This document shows positions 8,735 through 17,466 of a DNA stretch of 64,000 nt, in pieces. The notes beneath the pieces were generated by a model, which made no database searches, was not told the DNA's origin, and saw nothing but the letters and a program-made list of their open reading frames with translations. Every line of letters begins with the position of its first letter. The first letter of the stretch is position 1. Origin of the DNA: an uncultured bacterium (GTDB taxonomy: Bacteria > Cyanobacteriota > Vampirovibrionia > Gastranaerophilales > Gastranaerophilaceae); the NCBI GenBank assembly GCA_902777605.1, contig CACYUI010000002.1, positions 33,337-97,336 of the forward strand. Reading direction: 5' to 3'. The translations under genes and the position numbers were made by a program.

Positions 8735-9922
8735 TTAACTCCAGTCTTTTGTACCGTATCCATTATGCCAGCTGTATTGCTTAAGTTCATATTTGCCATC
8801 AGTTGTTTTTTGTAATGCGTATAATTGTCCGCCGGTTGCGTTACTTTTGTATATATATTCACCGTCTATTGTGTCTTGGTATGTATAAGTTATAGTCTTT
8901 GTATCATATATTGTTATTGTTTCAGGATGGTTACCTGTTAAAGAACTTACTATTTTTGTAGTTTTACCGGTTTTATTAACTGTATTTCTTGTCTTACCGC
9001 TAGTATCATTGGCAAGAGTTACATCACCGTTATTTAGTTTTGTTTTTCCATCGTAGTTTGTATAATTACCGTAAAGTTTTTGTTTTATAAGTTTTCTTAG
9101 AGCTTCATCTATTTTTGCTAAATCGTCAGCAGTTGGTTTTGGATTAAGTTCTAAATATTTATTAACAAAAGCTTTCTTTTCATCATCTGTGGTTGGAGTC
9201 AATTTTAACAATTCATCCAATGTTTTTGCATCATTAATTTTTGTTGCATTATCAGCTACAGTTGCAGGCGCCGGTGTAGCTGCAACTGTAGGTTTAGCTG
9301 CAACTTTTTTAGGAGATTTATCCGGTTCTGGCGTAGCTTTTGCTTTTCCGTCATTATCAGGAGTGCCTTTTAGTTCATTAATTTTATCTTGTAATCCAAA
9401 TTTTAATTGTTTAATATAATCTTTGTCCTTTTTATCTTCATTACCGTCAAGATTTTTTTCAAGAGCCACTATATCGTTTAATAAAGTTTCTAAATCTTTA
9501 ACTGAAGGCTTTTCTTGACCTAATAATTTATTTTTTCTTTCAAATAATTTATTAAGTTTTTCATAATCTTTGTTTTCTGCACCTTGTGTATTATTAGTGT
9601 TTCTGCTGCTCAATTGGTGACCACCGAGACCAAAATCACCCCAGCCGCCGCCGAATGATGGAAAGCCAAAACCAAATCCGCCGAAGATATTGCCTAAAAT
9701 ACCTGAGAACAGGTTAGCAAATCCCATTCCGAAGCCCATGCCAATTCCACCCCAAAAGCCGCCGCCCCAAGAGCTACTACCGCACCTACAATGTGGTGTA
9801 TTATATACAACATTAAATACACTAGGGATGTCTCCACAACAAGCTTTATGTCCGTGGAACATTTCGTAGTGTTGATATGCTGTGTGACATCCGACGCGTC
9901 TTGATTGTGAGAAGAATGACAT
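8735..9922 (-). CDS. Hypothetical protein with Gly/Phe-rich hydrophobic N-terminal segment
   Basis: 395 aa; GAGG RBS; GGGFWGGIGMGFGMGFANLFSGILGNIFGGFGFG; Pro/Ala/Thr linker; no Sec signal. Confidence 0.75.
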   Translation of the reverse strand: MSFFSQSRRVGCHTAYQHYEMFHGHKACCGDIPSVFNVVYNTPHCRCGSSSWGGGFWGGIGMGFGMGFANLFSGILGNIFGGFGFGFPSFGGGWGDFGLGGHQLSSRNTNNTQGAENKDYEKLNKLFERKNKLLGQEKPSVKDLETLLNDIVALEKNLDGNEDKKDKDYIKQLKFGLQDKINELKGTPDNDGKAKATPEPDKSPKKVAAKPTVAATPAPATVADNATKINDAKTLDELLKLTPTTDDEKKAFVNKYLELNPKPTADDLAKIDEALRKLIKQKLYGNYTNYDGKTKLNNGDVTLANDTSGKTRNTVNKTGKTTKIVSSLTGNHPETITIYDTKTITYTYQDTIDGEYIYKSNATGGQLYALQKTTDGKYELKQYSWHNGYGTKDWS

Positions 9923-9951
9923 ACTCTGTACCTCGTTTTTTACTTACATCT

Positions 9952-10020
9952 TATATATATAAAGTATATAAAATGTACTTAATTTCATAAGGTAATAAAT
10001 TTGTTACAAAACTTTACATT
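9952..10020 (-). promoter_or_regulatory. Class-A promoter with HLR1-like direct repeat
   Basis: HLR1 10003-10020 (GTTACAAA-ac-TTTACATT) - 14 nt - ATGAAA - 16 nt - TACTTTATATATATA. Confidence 0.7.
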
Positions 10021-11588
10021 GCTTGCTTTAGTTTAAAAACAATAAATACAAATCCTTTACCGACTTGTTTGATTGGAGCATAGTTAGTGAGTATATAATC
10101 ATAAATTTGTTGTGCATAATCTTGCCCGAAATATGAATAATAATAGTTTGAAGTGTCATAGTTGCTTATAACTATGTATTTTGGTTTATTATTGTATAGT
10201 CTTTCGATAATATTTTCTTCTCCAAAGGTTTCTATATATAGAGGAATTAATGAATAAAATTTATTATCAGAACTTCTTTTTGTCAAAAAGTTAATTGCTG
10301 TCGTTTCAGGTAGCACTAATATTTTGTCGTTATCACGAGTATTATCATTAATATAAGAAATTAATTCTTTAATTGAGTTTCCATAATAGTCATTAGAATA
10401 AACAATGCCGTTTTCAGTTTCAATTTTAATATTTTTCTCTGATAATGAAATTATATTCTTTGCAGAGAATGTAAAAGACATTATAAATACAATAATCAAT
10501 AAAGATTTTTTGTATCTTCGTGGTATGACAATAAATAATGATAAAACCGCAAGTGGAAGAAAATAAACTCCATAGGATAAGAGAGTTAGTGCAAAAAACA
10601 GCTTCAATGAGATTGCAAGAGTTGAAAATACGAGAAATTTTTTATTTAAATTTAAATTTTTATAGCTAAATATCAATAATATTAGCAAAAGGGGAAATAT
10701 ATAAACAAATATAGCAGGTGAAATTGTAAAGCAAAAATAGACTAAAATTAGGAGCGTTACTAACCAGTGTCTAAAAAAGTATAAAAATGCTAAAGGAATA
10801 AAGCATTTTAGGAAATTTATACCATAAATTGGTATAAGTTCCAGTCGAAAAGTCAATCCGCTAATTGAATAGAACCAATATAGCGTTTTAGTCGATGACA
10901 TAGTTAGTATTGTTTGACAAATATTAGATAAATCATTTACCCTCAGCCCCATAACCAAAAGAGGTAAAAATACAATAAAAATAGTGGCTATAATATTTAG
11001 TATACTTTTTAAAAACTCTTTTTTACCGCTATACCAAAATAAAATAGGAAGAAGAAATATAAATTCATATTTAGAACAAATTGCTAAAGCATAAAAAATA
11101 TAAGCAAGTTTTGATTTACCTTTCAATGCAAAATAAACAGAAAGAAGAACAAATAATATTCCGTATATAATACCGTATGAATATGGAAATATAAAATTAA
11201 ATACATTTGGAGAAAGAACTGAGGCTGCAATCGTTAGCATCACTATTGATAAACTGTATGTTTTGGGTAAAAATTTGTTTGATATTCTATATAACGAATT
11301 TAAAATTCCTAAAGTTGCCAAAAGTCCCGCAAAATATAAAACTCTGAGTTTTGTTCCAAAAATTAGCATTAAAAAAGCATTAATAATATAAGCTAAAGGC
11401 GGATAGACACAGAAAATATCTTTATACAAAACTTGACCTTTAAGCATTTGCACAGGAATATAAGCTTCTCTAAAAGAATCTATTATAATATGACCAAAAT
11501 GACCGTAAAATACTGCAAATATTAGCAATGTAAGAACATTAAATAATATTAATTGCCAGTGTTTTTTTATTATATTATCCCAATTCAT
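10014..11588 (-). CDS. Multi-pass membrane glycosyltransferase-like protein (GT-C/ArnT-PMT-like)
   Basis: Many TM helices; DSFREAY and YKDIFCVYPPLAY in the first loop; C-terminal soluble domain. Confidence 0.6.
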   Translation of the reverse strand: MNWDNIIKKHWQLILFNVLTLLIFAVFYGHFGHIIIDSFREAYIPVQMLKGQVLYKDIFCVYPPLAYIINAFLMLIFGTKLRVLYFAGLLATLGILNSLYRISNKFLPKTYSLSIVMLTIAASVLSPNVFNFIFPYSYGIIYGILFVLLSVYFALKGKSKLAYIFYALAICSKYEFIFLLPILFWYSGKKEFLKSILNIIATIFIVFLPLLVMGLRVNDLSNICQTILTMSSTKTLYWFYSISGLTFRLELIPIYGINFLKCFIPLAFLYFFRHWLVTLLILVYFCFTISPAIFVYIFPLLLILLIFSYKNLNLNKKFLVFSTLAISLKLFFALTLLSYGVYFLPLAVLSLFIVIPRRYKKSLLIIVFIMSFTFSAKNIISLSEKNIKIETENGIVYSNDYYGNSIKELISYINDNTRDNDKILVLPETTAINFLTKRSSDNKFYSLIPLYIETFGEENIIERLYNNKPKYIVISNYDTSNYYYSYFGQDYAQQIYDYILTNYAPIKQVGKGFVFIVFKLKQAM

Positions 11589-11617
11589 AAACTTATCTTA
11601 ACAAAGCTTAACAAATA

Positions 11618-11652
11618 AAGCAATTTTTTTGAATAAAAAAACTTTATATATG
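11618..11652 (+). promoter_or_regulatory. Class-A promoter (variant)
   Basis: AAGCAA-N16-AACTTTATATATG; only a degenerate upstream repeat (CTTAAC x2). Confidence 0.5.
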
Positions 11653-11679
11653 TGTGTAGTAGATAGAAGGTGTTTTAAT

Positions 11680-12339
11680 ATGGCAATCAATCCATATACT
11701 TTAAATGGTTTATACCAAAAAGGCATATTAGATTATGTTGACCCTGAACTTTGTGCCGGTCAGCCGATTGTTTCTCAATATAACGGCATGTCTAATCCTT
11801 ATGCTAAAAACTACATGAATAATGCAATGCAAGGTAATTTATATCAAAATCACGGAATGCAAAATGATAGTTTTACATTTAACGGTGGCGGAATAGGTTC
11901 AAAGTCTAATTCATTTAATAATATGTTTGGACAAAATGGTGTAGGAGTATATTCTTCTTCAGTAAATAACATGTTTGGAGACGATAAAGTAGGTTCCAGA
12001 TATCAAGGTAATGCATTTGGTACCGGCGATACATCTATTGGTTCGTATTATCAAGGTGGCGGAGAAAATTCTTTTGGTGGATTTAGTGATGCAAGAAACA
12101 GTATAAATGGTGGTGTTGCAAAAGCACAAGCAATTTACAATAATACTCCTTCAGTTATAAAAGGCATTGCAGCTGTTGCGATTGGTTTACTGGGAATAAA
12201 AATGTTATTTAAAGGAAAAGGCAGTAAAACTGCTAAAAAAAGTTTTTTAGAAAAGATTCAGTTTTGGAAAAGTCCTAAGCCTGAACCTAAAAAAGCTGAG
12301 AAAAAAAGTTTCTTATCAAAATTAAAGTTTTGGAAATAA
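11680..12339 (+). CDS. Hypothetical Gly/Asn-rich protein with one TM helix and duplicated C-terminal SFLxKxxFWK motif
   Basis: Start moved to ATG 11680 (GAAGG RBS); NNMFG repeats; KKSFLEKIQFWK and KKSFLSKLKFWK. Confidence 0.7.
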   Translation: MAINPYTLNGLYQKGILDYVDPELCAGQPIVSQYNGMSNPYAKNYMNNAMQGNLYQNHGMQNDSFTFNGGGIGSKSNSFNNMFGQNGVGVYSSSVNNMFGDDKVGSRYQGNAFGTGDTSIGSYYQGGGENSFGGFSDARNSINGGVAKAQAIYNNTPSVIKGIAAVAIGLLGIKMLFKGKGSKTAKKSFLEKIQFWKSPKPEPKKAEKKSFLSKLKFWK

Positions 12340-12393
12340 ATAAACTATATTATTAACCTTATTAAAATACCTTATTAATTAACCAATTATCAC

Positions 12394-12415
12394 GCGCCCA
12401 TAGGCGCTTTTTTTT
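12394..12415 (+). terminator. Intrinsic terminator
   Basis: GCGCC-cata-GGCGC-T8. Confidence 0.7.
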
Positions 12416-12500
12416 ATGAAAACTTTTAATTAATCATTCCCTCTCCAGTAGGATGATTAGTGTTGGGGTTGATAAGAAACCATTCAGTCTCCAGCGGGGA

Positions 12501-12546
12501 GTGTACTAAAAAAGAACAGGCGGGAGTCTTTTGAACTCTCGCCTGC
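12501..12546 (-). terminator. Intrinsic terminator of 12571-14787
   Basis: Minus strand GCAGGCGAGAGT-loop-ACTCCCGCCTGT-TCTTTTTT. Confidence 0.7.
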
Positions 12547-12570
12547 ATCTTTTTCATATTCCGGCTATTA

Positions 12571-14787
12571 TTAACCAAATAGGTTATTAAGTTCAGTAAT
12601 AATACCTTCGTTTGGTGAATGTCCGTCACAAGTGCATTTACATTCAACTTTACCTGTAACATCAACAGTAACTTTGACATCGTGGTCTTCAATTTTGACT
12701 TCAATATCTTTTAAGCCTTTTTTAAGCAATTCTATAATTTCATTTATACCTGCAATCATTGTATCAGCTTTAATATTCATGTCGCCAAGCTTAACATTTG
12801 TTTCATTACCGTTCTTTTCTATTTTTGCTAAGAACTCAAGGATTTTATCCATGTTAACCTTGCCACTATTAATGATAACTTTCAGATTTGCTTGTGTATT
12901 GGCATCGAGAGCTTTGATTGCATTCAGTATTTCATCCATCTTGGCAAGACTCAATTTACCTTGTTCTAACAATGCTTTAAATCCTTCAGCGGTTGTTGTT
13001 CCAAGAGTCTTAATAGCTTCAAGTATTTTTTCGCCGATTTCTTTTGCATCTTTACCATTTTGAACAACATTATTGTTGATTGTCTTCAACAGTTCTGTCA
13101 TATCTTTGAGCTCTTGTGTATTACCATTGATTGCTTCAAGGATTGCTTGTAAGTATGCCTCTGTTTTAGAACCATCACCTATGTTCAAGTTCTTGATTGC
13201 TTTAAGAATTTCTTTCATCAATGCAATACCGGTATCACCTTGTGCTAATACTTTAGCAAATCCTGCTGACATATTTACACCAAGTTTGTTAATAGCCTCA
13301 ACTGTTTGTTTACCAATTTCTTTTGCTTCTTTTCTACCGTCGGTAATATTCTTATTGATGGCGTTGAGTAATGCTGTAATATCATCAAGTTTGCCGCCAT
13401 TTTTAACGATTGCATTTAATAGTGCCGTAAATTGAGCTTTGTTTTCGTCACCAAGATTTGCAAGAGCTTTTAATACTGCATTATAGAATGCTTCTGCTTT
13501 ATCACCTTGTTCATTAATTTTGTCTAATATAGCTTGACTAATACCAAGTTGAACTTTTATGTTATTATTCAATTCAGCTAACTGACCACTAATTTGAACT
13601 GTGGTGAAATCAATGTGTTTCAGAAGTTGCAACATTAACAATAATTTTTCACTATCTTTAGTTTGAGTATTTCTAATTTTTTCAAGAAGAGCCTTAATAT
13701 CTTGTTGCGTAGCACCATTAATTGTTACTTGATTTAGTATAGCATCTATTTTACCTGCTAAAGCTTCTAAAGACCCTCTAATAGAAGAAATATCAGCATT
13801 TCCTGATTTAATTAGATTAATAATCATATTTAAATCGCCTTGGAACTCTGATTTAATTGATGCAGGAAGAGCTTTAATAAGTGCTGTTAAGTCTTTGACA
13901 GCATTTTCTACATTATAAACAGCCTCCAACAAGTCATCAAATCCCATATTCATGTCATTTTGAATCTTTTTAAGCAATGCGTTATTATCTACTACTGCAG
14001 TCAAAATTTGTGGTAAATAGTTTCCACATGTATTTTTGATATCTTGCAATGAATCACCATTTTTAATAGATTGTTCAAGCAACTGTATTAGTATTGCATT
14101 ACTTACATCTTGTTTTTCATTAAGTGCATTAATAGCATCGGCCAATGACTTTAACTCAATTCCTACTTCAACGGTCTGCTCAGTACTGCACATACCCATA
14201 ATACCTGTCGCAGCACCTGCATAGCCAAGTAATGTACTAAATGTATTTTCAATACTAAAATTCCCATTAGCATCTGTAAACCCTCTGTAATTGGATTCTT
14301 TCATTTCATCAGGAAATGGAAATTCTACTTTACCTTTAGTCGCATTATATGCAACTAGTCTTGCGGGAGCAATCTTTTCTTTTTGTCTAAAATATTTTTC
14401 TTTTATTTGAGTACCATCTTTTGCATAAAATTTATAAGTTTCTTTACCGGTTTTCGGATCTTTTTGATATACGATATATCTTCCAGATTTCATAGTACAA
14501 AATTTAGGTTCATATTTTTGCGGATTTTTTGCTCTGTCTTTTTTTACTTCTGCTTGATTTAACTGTGCAAAGTTTTTGGAATGTTTAAAATCTAACTTCT
14601 CGCCTACACCCCAATTAGCATTACCATTTATTGTTTCTAAAGCTGCATCATCTGCTTTTGTCCATGCACCATTTTGCTTTGCCATAGCAATAGCGTCTTC
14701 AACAGATTTTGCAATTGTCATAAATGGTTTTAACTTTGATTGTTGTGTCGGTGTTAAATCACTAAAATCAATTTTTCCAAATGCCAT
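12571..14787 (-). CDS. Large coiled-coil repeat protein (~738 aa), function unknown
   Basis: Start moved to ATG 14787 (GAAAGGAG RBS); long heptad region with internal repeats KEAKEIGKQTVEAINKLG / KDAKEIGEKILEAIKTLG. Confidence 0.8.
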   Translation of the reverse strand: MAFGKIDFSDLTPTQQSKLKPFMTIAKSVEDAIAMAKQNGAWTKADDAALETINGNANWGVGEKLDFKHSKNFAQLNQAEVKKDRAKNPQKYEPKFCTMKSGRYIVYQKDPKTGKETYKFYAKDGTQIKEKYFRQKEKIAPARLVAYNATKGKVEFPFPDEMKESNYRGFTDANGNFSIENTFSTLLGYAGAATGIMGMCSTEQTVEVGIELKSLADAINALNEKQDVSNAILIQLLEQSIKNGDSLQDIKNTCGNYLPQILTAVVDNNALLKKIQNDMNMGFDDLLEAVYNVENAVKDLTALIKALPASIKSEFQGDLNMIINLIKSGNADISSIRGSLEALAGKIDAILNQVTINGATQQDIKALLEKIRNTQTKDSEKLLLMLQLLKHIDFTTVQISGQLAELNNNIKVQLGISQAILDKINEQGDKAEAFYNAVLKALANLGDENKAQFTALLNAIVKNGGKLDDITALLNAINKNITDGRKEAKEIGKQTVEAINKLGVNMSAGFAKVLAQGDTGIALMKEILKAIKNLNIGDGSKTEAYLQAILEAINGNTQELKDMTELLKTINNNVVQNGKDAKEIGEKILEAIKTLGTTTAEGFKALLEQGKLSLAKMDEILNAIKALDANTQANLKVIINSGKVNMDKILEFLAKIEKNGNETNVKLGDMNIKADTMIAGINEIIELLKKGLKDIEVKIEDHDVKVTVDVTGKVECKCTCDGHSPNEGIITELNNLFG

Positions 14788-14842
14788 AGTTTGTATTCTC
14801 CTTTCTAAATTTTCATAACAATACAATCCTACTTTGGTATTG

Positions 14843-14904
14843 TTATCGGCATTTTTTTTTAAAACTTTAGAGAATTATGAAAAATCGTTACATAACTTTA
14901 CATA
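14843..14904 (-). promoter_or_regulatory. Sigma28 (FliA/SigD)-type promoter with HLR1-like repeat
   Basis: Coding strand TAAAGTTT-N11-GCCGATAA (exact sigma28 consensus, 14843-14869); HLR1 14887-14904 (GTTACATA-ac-TTTACATA) 17 nt upstream. Confidence 0.8.
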
Positions 14905-14990
14905 AATTTCTGAAAATCAATTATAATTTCATCTAAAAGAGTGATGAAAAAAATAATTAAATAATTTATCCTTCATATAGCGAGGTAAAT

Positions 14991-15227
14991 GTGAATATCA
15001 AACAACAACTAAAGAAAAAAATTCAGCTTAAAGAACTAGAAATTAAGAAACTAAAGCTCCATGAGTCCTCTTCTGAAATCTGTGCACAATTATATAATAC
15101 ACTTATTTTAGAAAAAGCTATTTTAAAAAAGGAGCTAGATGACACTAAGAAAAACCCTATAATTGAAAAAATAAAAAAAGTACTCCCAAAACGCGAAAAG
15201 CTTATTTGCGATTATTTTAAAGAATAA
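14991..15227 (+). CDS. Small hypothetical coiled-coil protein
   Basis: GAGGT RBS, GTG start, 78 aa, Lys/Leu rich. Confidence 0.55.
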   Translation: MNIKQQLKKKIQLKELEIKKLKLHESSSEICAQLYNTLILEKAILKKELDDTKKNPIIEKIKKVLPKREKLICDYFKE

Positions 15228-15241
15228 TACATAATTTTTCT

Positions 15242-15404
15242 GGATTACTTCGTCGCTTCGCTCCTCGTAATGACACCTTCTGTCATTGCGAGAAAATCTT
15301 AATTTCCACATCAATACATTTTATTTTGGATTATTTCATCGCTTCGCTCCTCGTAATGACACTTTCTGTCATTGCGAGAAAATCTTTGATTTTCGCGGCA
15401 ATCT
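15242..15404. repeat. Tandem TGTC-tagged palindromic repeat halves
   Basis: Right halves GGATTACTTCGTCGCTTCGCTCCTCGTAATGACA at 15242-15275 and 15328-15361; left halves TGTCATTGCGAGAAAATC at 15281 and 15367. Confidence 0.85.
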
Positions 15405-15419
15405 ATATACAATTAAAGT

Positions 15420-15719
15420 ATGAACAAAGAAAAACAATATTATGTATATATTTTATTCAGTAAATATAATGGTACATTGTATGTTGGCGTAACTAATAAT
15501 CTTATAAGAAGGGTTTGGGAGCATAAAAATAAGATACTAAAAGGCTTTACTGAAAAATATAATGTTGATAAATTGGGCTATTTTGAAGCATGTGGAGATA
15601 TAAATTCAGCTATTGCAAGAGAAAAGCAATTAAAAGCAGGTAATAGAAAAAATAAGCTACTTTTAATAGAAAAGATGAATCCTTCATGGAAAGATTTGTA
15701 CTATGAAATAATCAAATAA
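15420..15719 (+). CDS. Small GIY-YIG nuclease (YhbQ/UPF0213-like)
   Basis: YYVYIL...LYVGVTNNLIRRVWEHK...FTEKYNVDKLGYFE...AIAREKQLK...NPSWKDL. Confidence 0.9.
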   Translation: MNKEKQYYVYILFSKYNGTLYVGVTNNLIRRVWEHKNKILKGFTEKYNVDKLGYFEACGDINSAIAREKQLKAGNRKNKLLLIEKMNPSWKDLYYEIIK

Positions 15720-15730
15720 TTATTTTTTTG

Positions 15731-15764
15731 GGATTACTTCGTCGCTTCGCTCCTCGTAATGACA
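15731..15764. repeat. Third right-half repeat copy
   Basis: Identical to 15242-15275. Confidence 0.85.
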
Positions 15765-15824
15765 TGGTATTTAATTCTTTGCGTATAGTTTTTGTTTATG
15801 ATATAATTATCTTAGAGGGGAATT

Positions 15825-16772
15825 ATGCATATAGATTACGATACTAAAAAGTCTATTAGAGGGGCATTTGGAGAAGAATTAGCAGAGCTTGGCAGTAAAA
15901 ATAAAGAAATTGTTGCTTTAGATGCTGATTTGTCAGGTTCTACAAAGTCTTCAACTTTCGCAAAAGCATATCCGGAAAGATTTTTTAATGTAGGCATTGC
16001 TGAGCAAGATTTGATTACTACTGCATTAGGTCTTTCTTTAACAGGCAAAATACCATTTGCATCTACTTTTGCAGTTTTTGCAACAGGCAGGGCATATGAC
16101 CAAATCAGAAATTCTATATGTTATCAAAAAGCTAATGTAAAAATAGTGGGTGCTCATGGCGGAATTACTGTTGGTGAAGACGGAGCAAGCCATCAAGCGT
16201 TAGAGGACATCGCTCTTATGCGTGAACTTCCTAACATGACAGTTATTGCTCCTGCAGATTATGAACAGATGAGGCAAGCTGTTAGATTTGCCGCTGAATA
16301 TAACGGACCGGTTTATATACGCTCATCAAGAGTCGATGTTCCTTGCATTTATGGAAATGATTATAAATTTAATCCTAAAAAAGCAGAAATTTTAATTGAA
16401 GGTAATGATATTACAATTTTGTCGTACGGTGATATTTTTGCAGAAGTTATTAAAGCTGCCGAAATATTGAAAGATAAAGGTATAAACGCTGAAGTTATAA
16501 ATGTTCCGGTAGTTAAACCGTTAGATACTGAAACAATCATTAAAAGTGTAAAAAAAACAAAAAGAGTTTTCACAGTAGAAAATCATTCTATTATAGGCGG
16601 CTTAGGCTCTGCCGTTTGTGAAACACTCGCAGAAGAAATGCCTACAAAAGTAACAAGAATTGGTATTAATGATACATTCGGGCAAAGCGGAACTCCAAAA
16701 GAATTGCTTAAGTTTTATGGTTTGGATGCTGATAGTATAGCAAGCAGAATACTTAAAGAAAAAGATATTTAA
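15825..16772 (+). CDS. Transketolase, C-terminal subunit
   Basis: DADLSGST, NVGIAEQ, RAYDQIR, GEDGASHQALED, ENHSIIGGLGS. Confidence 0.92.
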   Translation: MHIDYDTKKSIRGAFGEELAELGSKNKEIVALDADLSGSTKSSTFAKAYPERFFNVGIAEQDLITTALGLSLTGKIPFASTFAVFATGRAYDQIRNSICYQKANVKIVGAHGGITVGEDGASHQALEDIALMRELPNMTVIAPADYEQMRQAVRFAAEYNGPVYIRSSRVDVPCIYGNDYKFNPKKAEILIEGNDITILSYGDIFAEVIKAAEILKDKGINAEVINVPVVKPLDTETIIKSVKKTKRVFTVENHSIIGGLGSAVCETLAEEMPTKVTRIGINDTFGQSGTPKELLKFYGLDADSIASRILKEKDI

Positions 16773-16788
16773 TGGTGACAGAGGGAAA

Positions 16789-17466
16789 ATGATACAATTA
16801 AGGTCAGTTACAAAAAAATATAAAAATAATTATGCTCTAAAAAATATTAATTTAGATATATTGTCAGGCGAATTTGTTTTTATTACAGGCGCTTCAGGTG
16901 CGGGTAAATCTACGCTTATGAAAATGCTTTATAAAGAAGAAACTCCGACAACAGGAACAGTATTAATTGGAGGAATTAATATTGCAAATCTGCCGCCAGA
17001 GAAAGTTCCTAACCTAAGGCGTTGTATGGGAATTGTTTTTCAGGATTACAAATTACTTCAAAATCAATCAGTATATGATAATATAGCATATGTCATAAGA
17101 ACTTTAGGTATAAGTTCATCAGACATTAGAACTCGCGTAAACGGTGCTTTAAGAGTTGTTGGACTTTTAGATAAAGCTAAAGCTAAACCTAGCGAGTTAT
17201 CCGGTGGTGAACAACAAAGAGTAAGCATTGCAAGAGCTCTTGTAAATGGTCCGCCACTTTTAATCGCTGATGAGCCTACTGGGAATTTAGATCCAAAAAA
17301 CTCTTTAGAAGTTATGCAAATTCTTGAACAAATTAATCAAAGAGGTATTACAGTCATAGTATCTACTCATGATTTCACATTAGTTGATAGGTTTAGAAAA
17401 AGAGTTTTAACCCTAGAAAATGGTGAGATAGTGAGAGATATTCAAGCAGGTACTTATGGACAATAG
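16789..17466 (+). CDS. ftsE: Cell division ATP-binding protein FtsE
   Basis: GASGAGKST, GIVFQDYKLL, LSGGEQQRV, ADEPTGNLDP; precedes ftsX. Confidence 0.92.
   Translation: MIQLRSVTKKYKNNYALKNINLDILSGEFVFITGASGAGKSTLMKMLYKEETPTTGTVLIGGINIANLPPEKVPNLRRCMGIVFQDYKLLQNQSVYDNIAYVIRTLGISSSDIRTRVNGALRVVGLLDKAKAKPSELSGGEQQRVSIARALVNGPPLLIADEPTGNLDPKNSLEVMQILEQINQRGITVIVSTHDFTLVDRFRKRVLTLENGEIVRDIQAGTYGQ

Larger units (their letters stand above)
15367..15764 (+). mobile_element. Candidate REP-bounded element carrying a GIY-YIG nuclease
   Basis: Terminal inverted repeats TGTCATTGCGAG (15367) and CTCGTAATGACA (ending 15764), 11/12 match, enclose a single ORF. Confidence 0.55.

Noticed and set aside
15242-15764. 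Three 34-nt direct repeats as a CRISPR array
   Set aside because: Spacing is irregular (52 and 369 nt), the spacers contain a second repeat and a gene, and no cas genes are present
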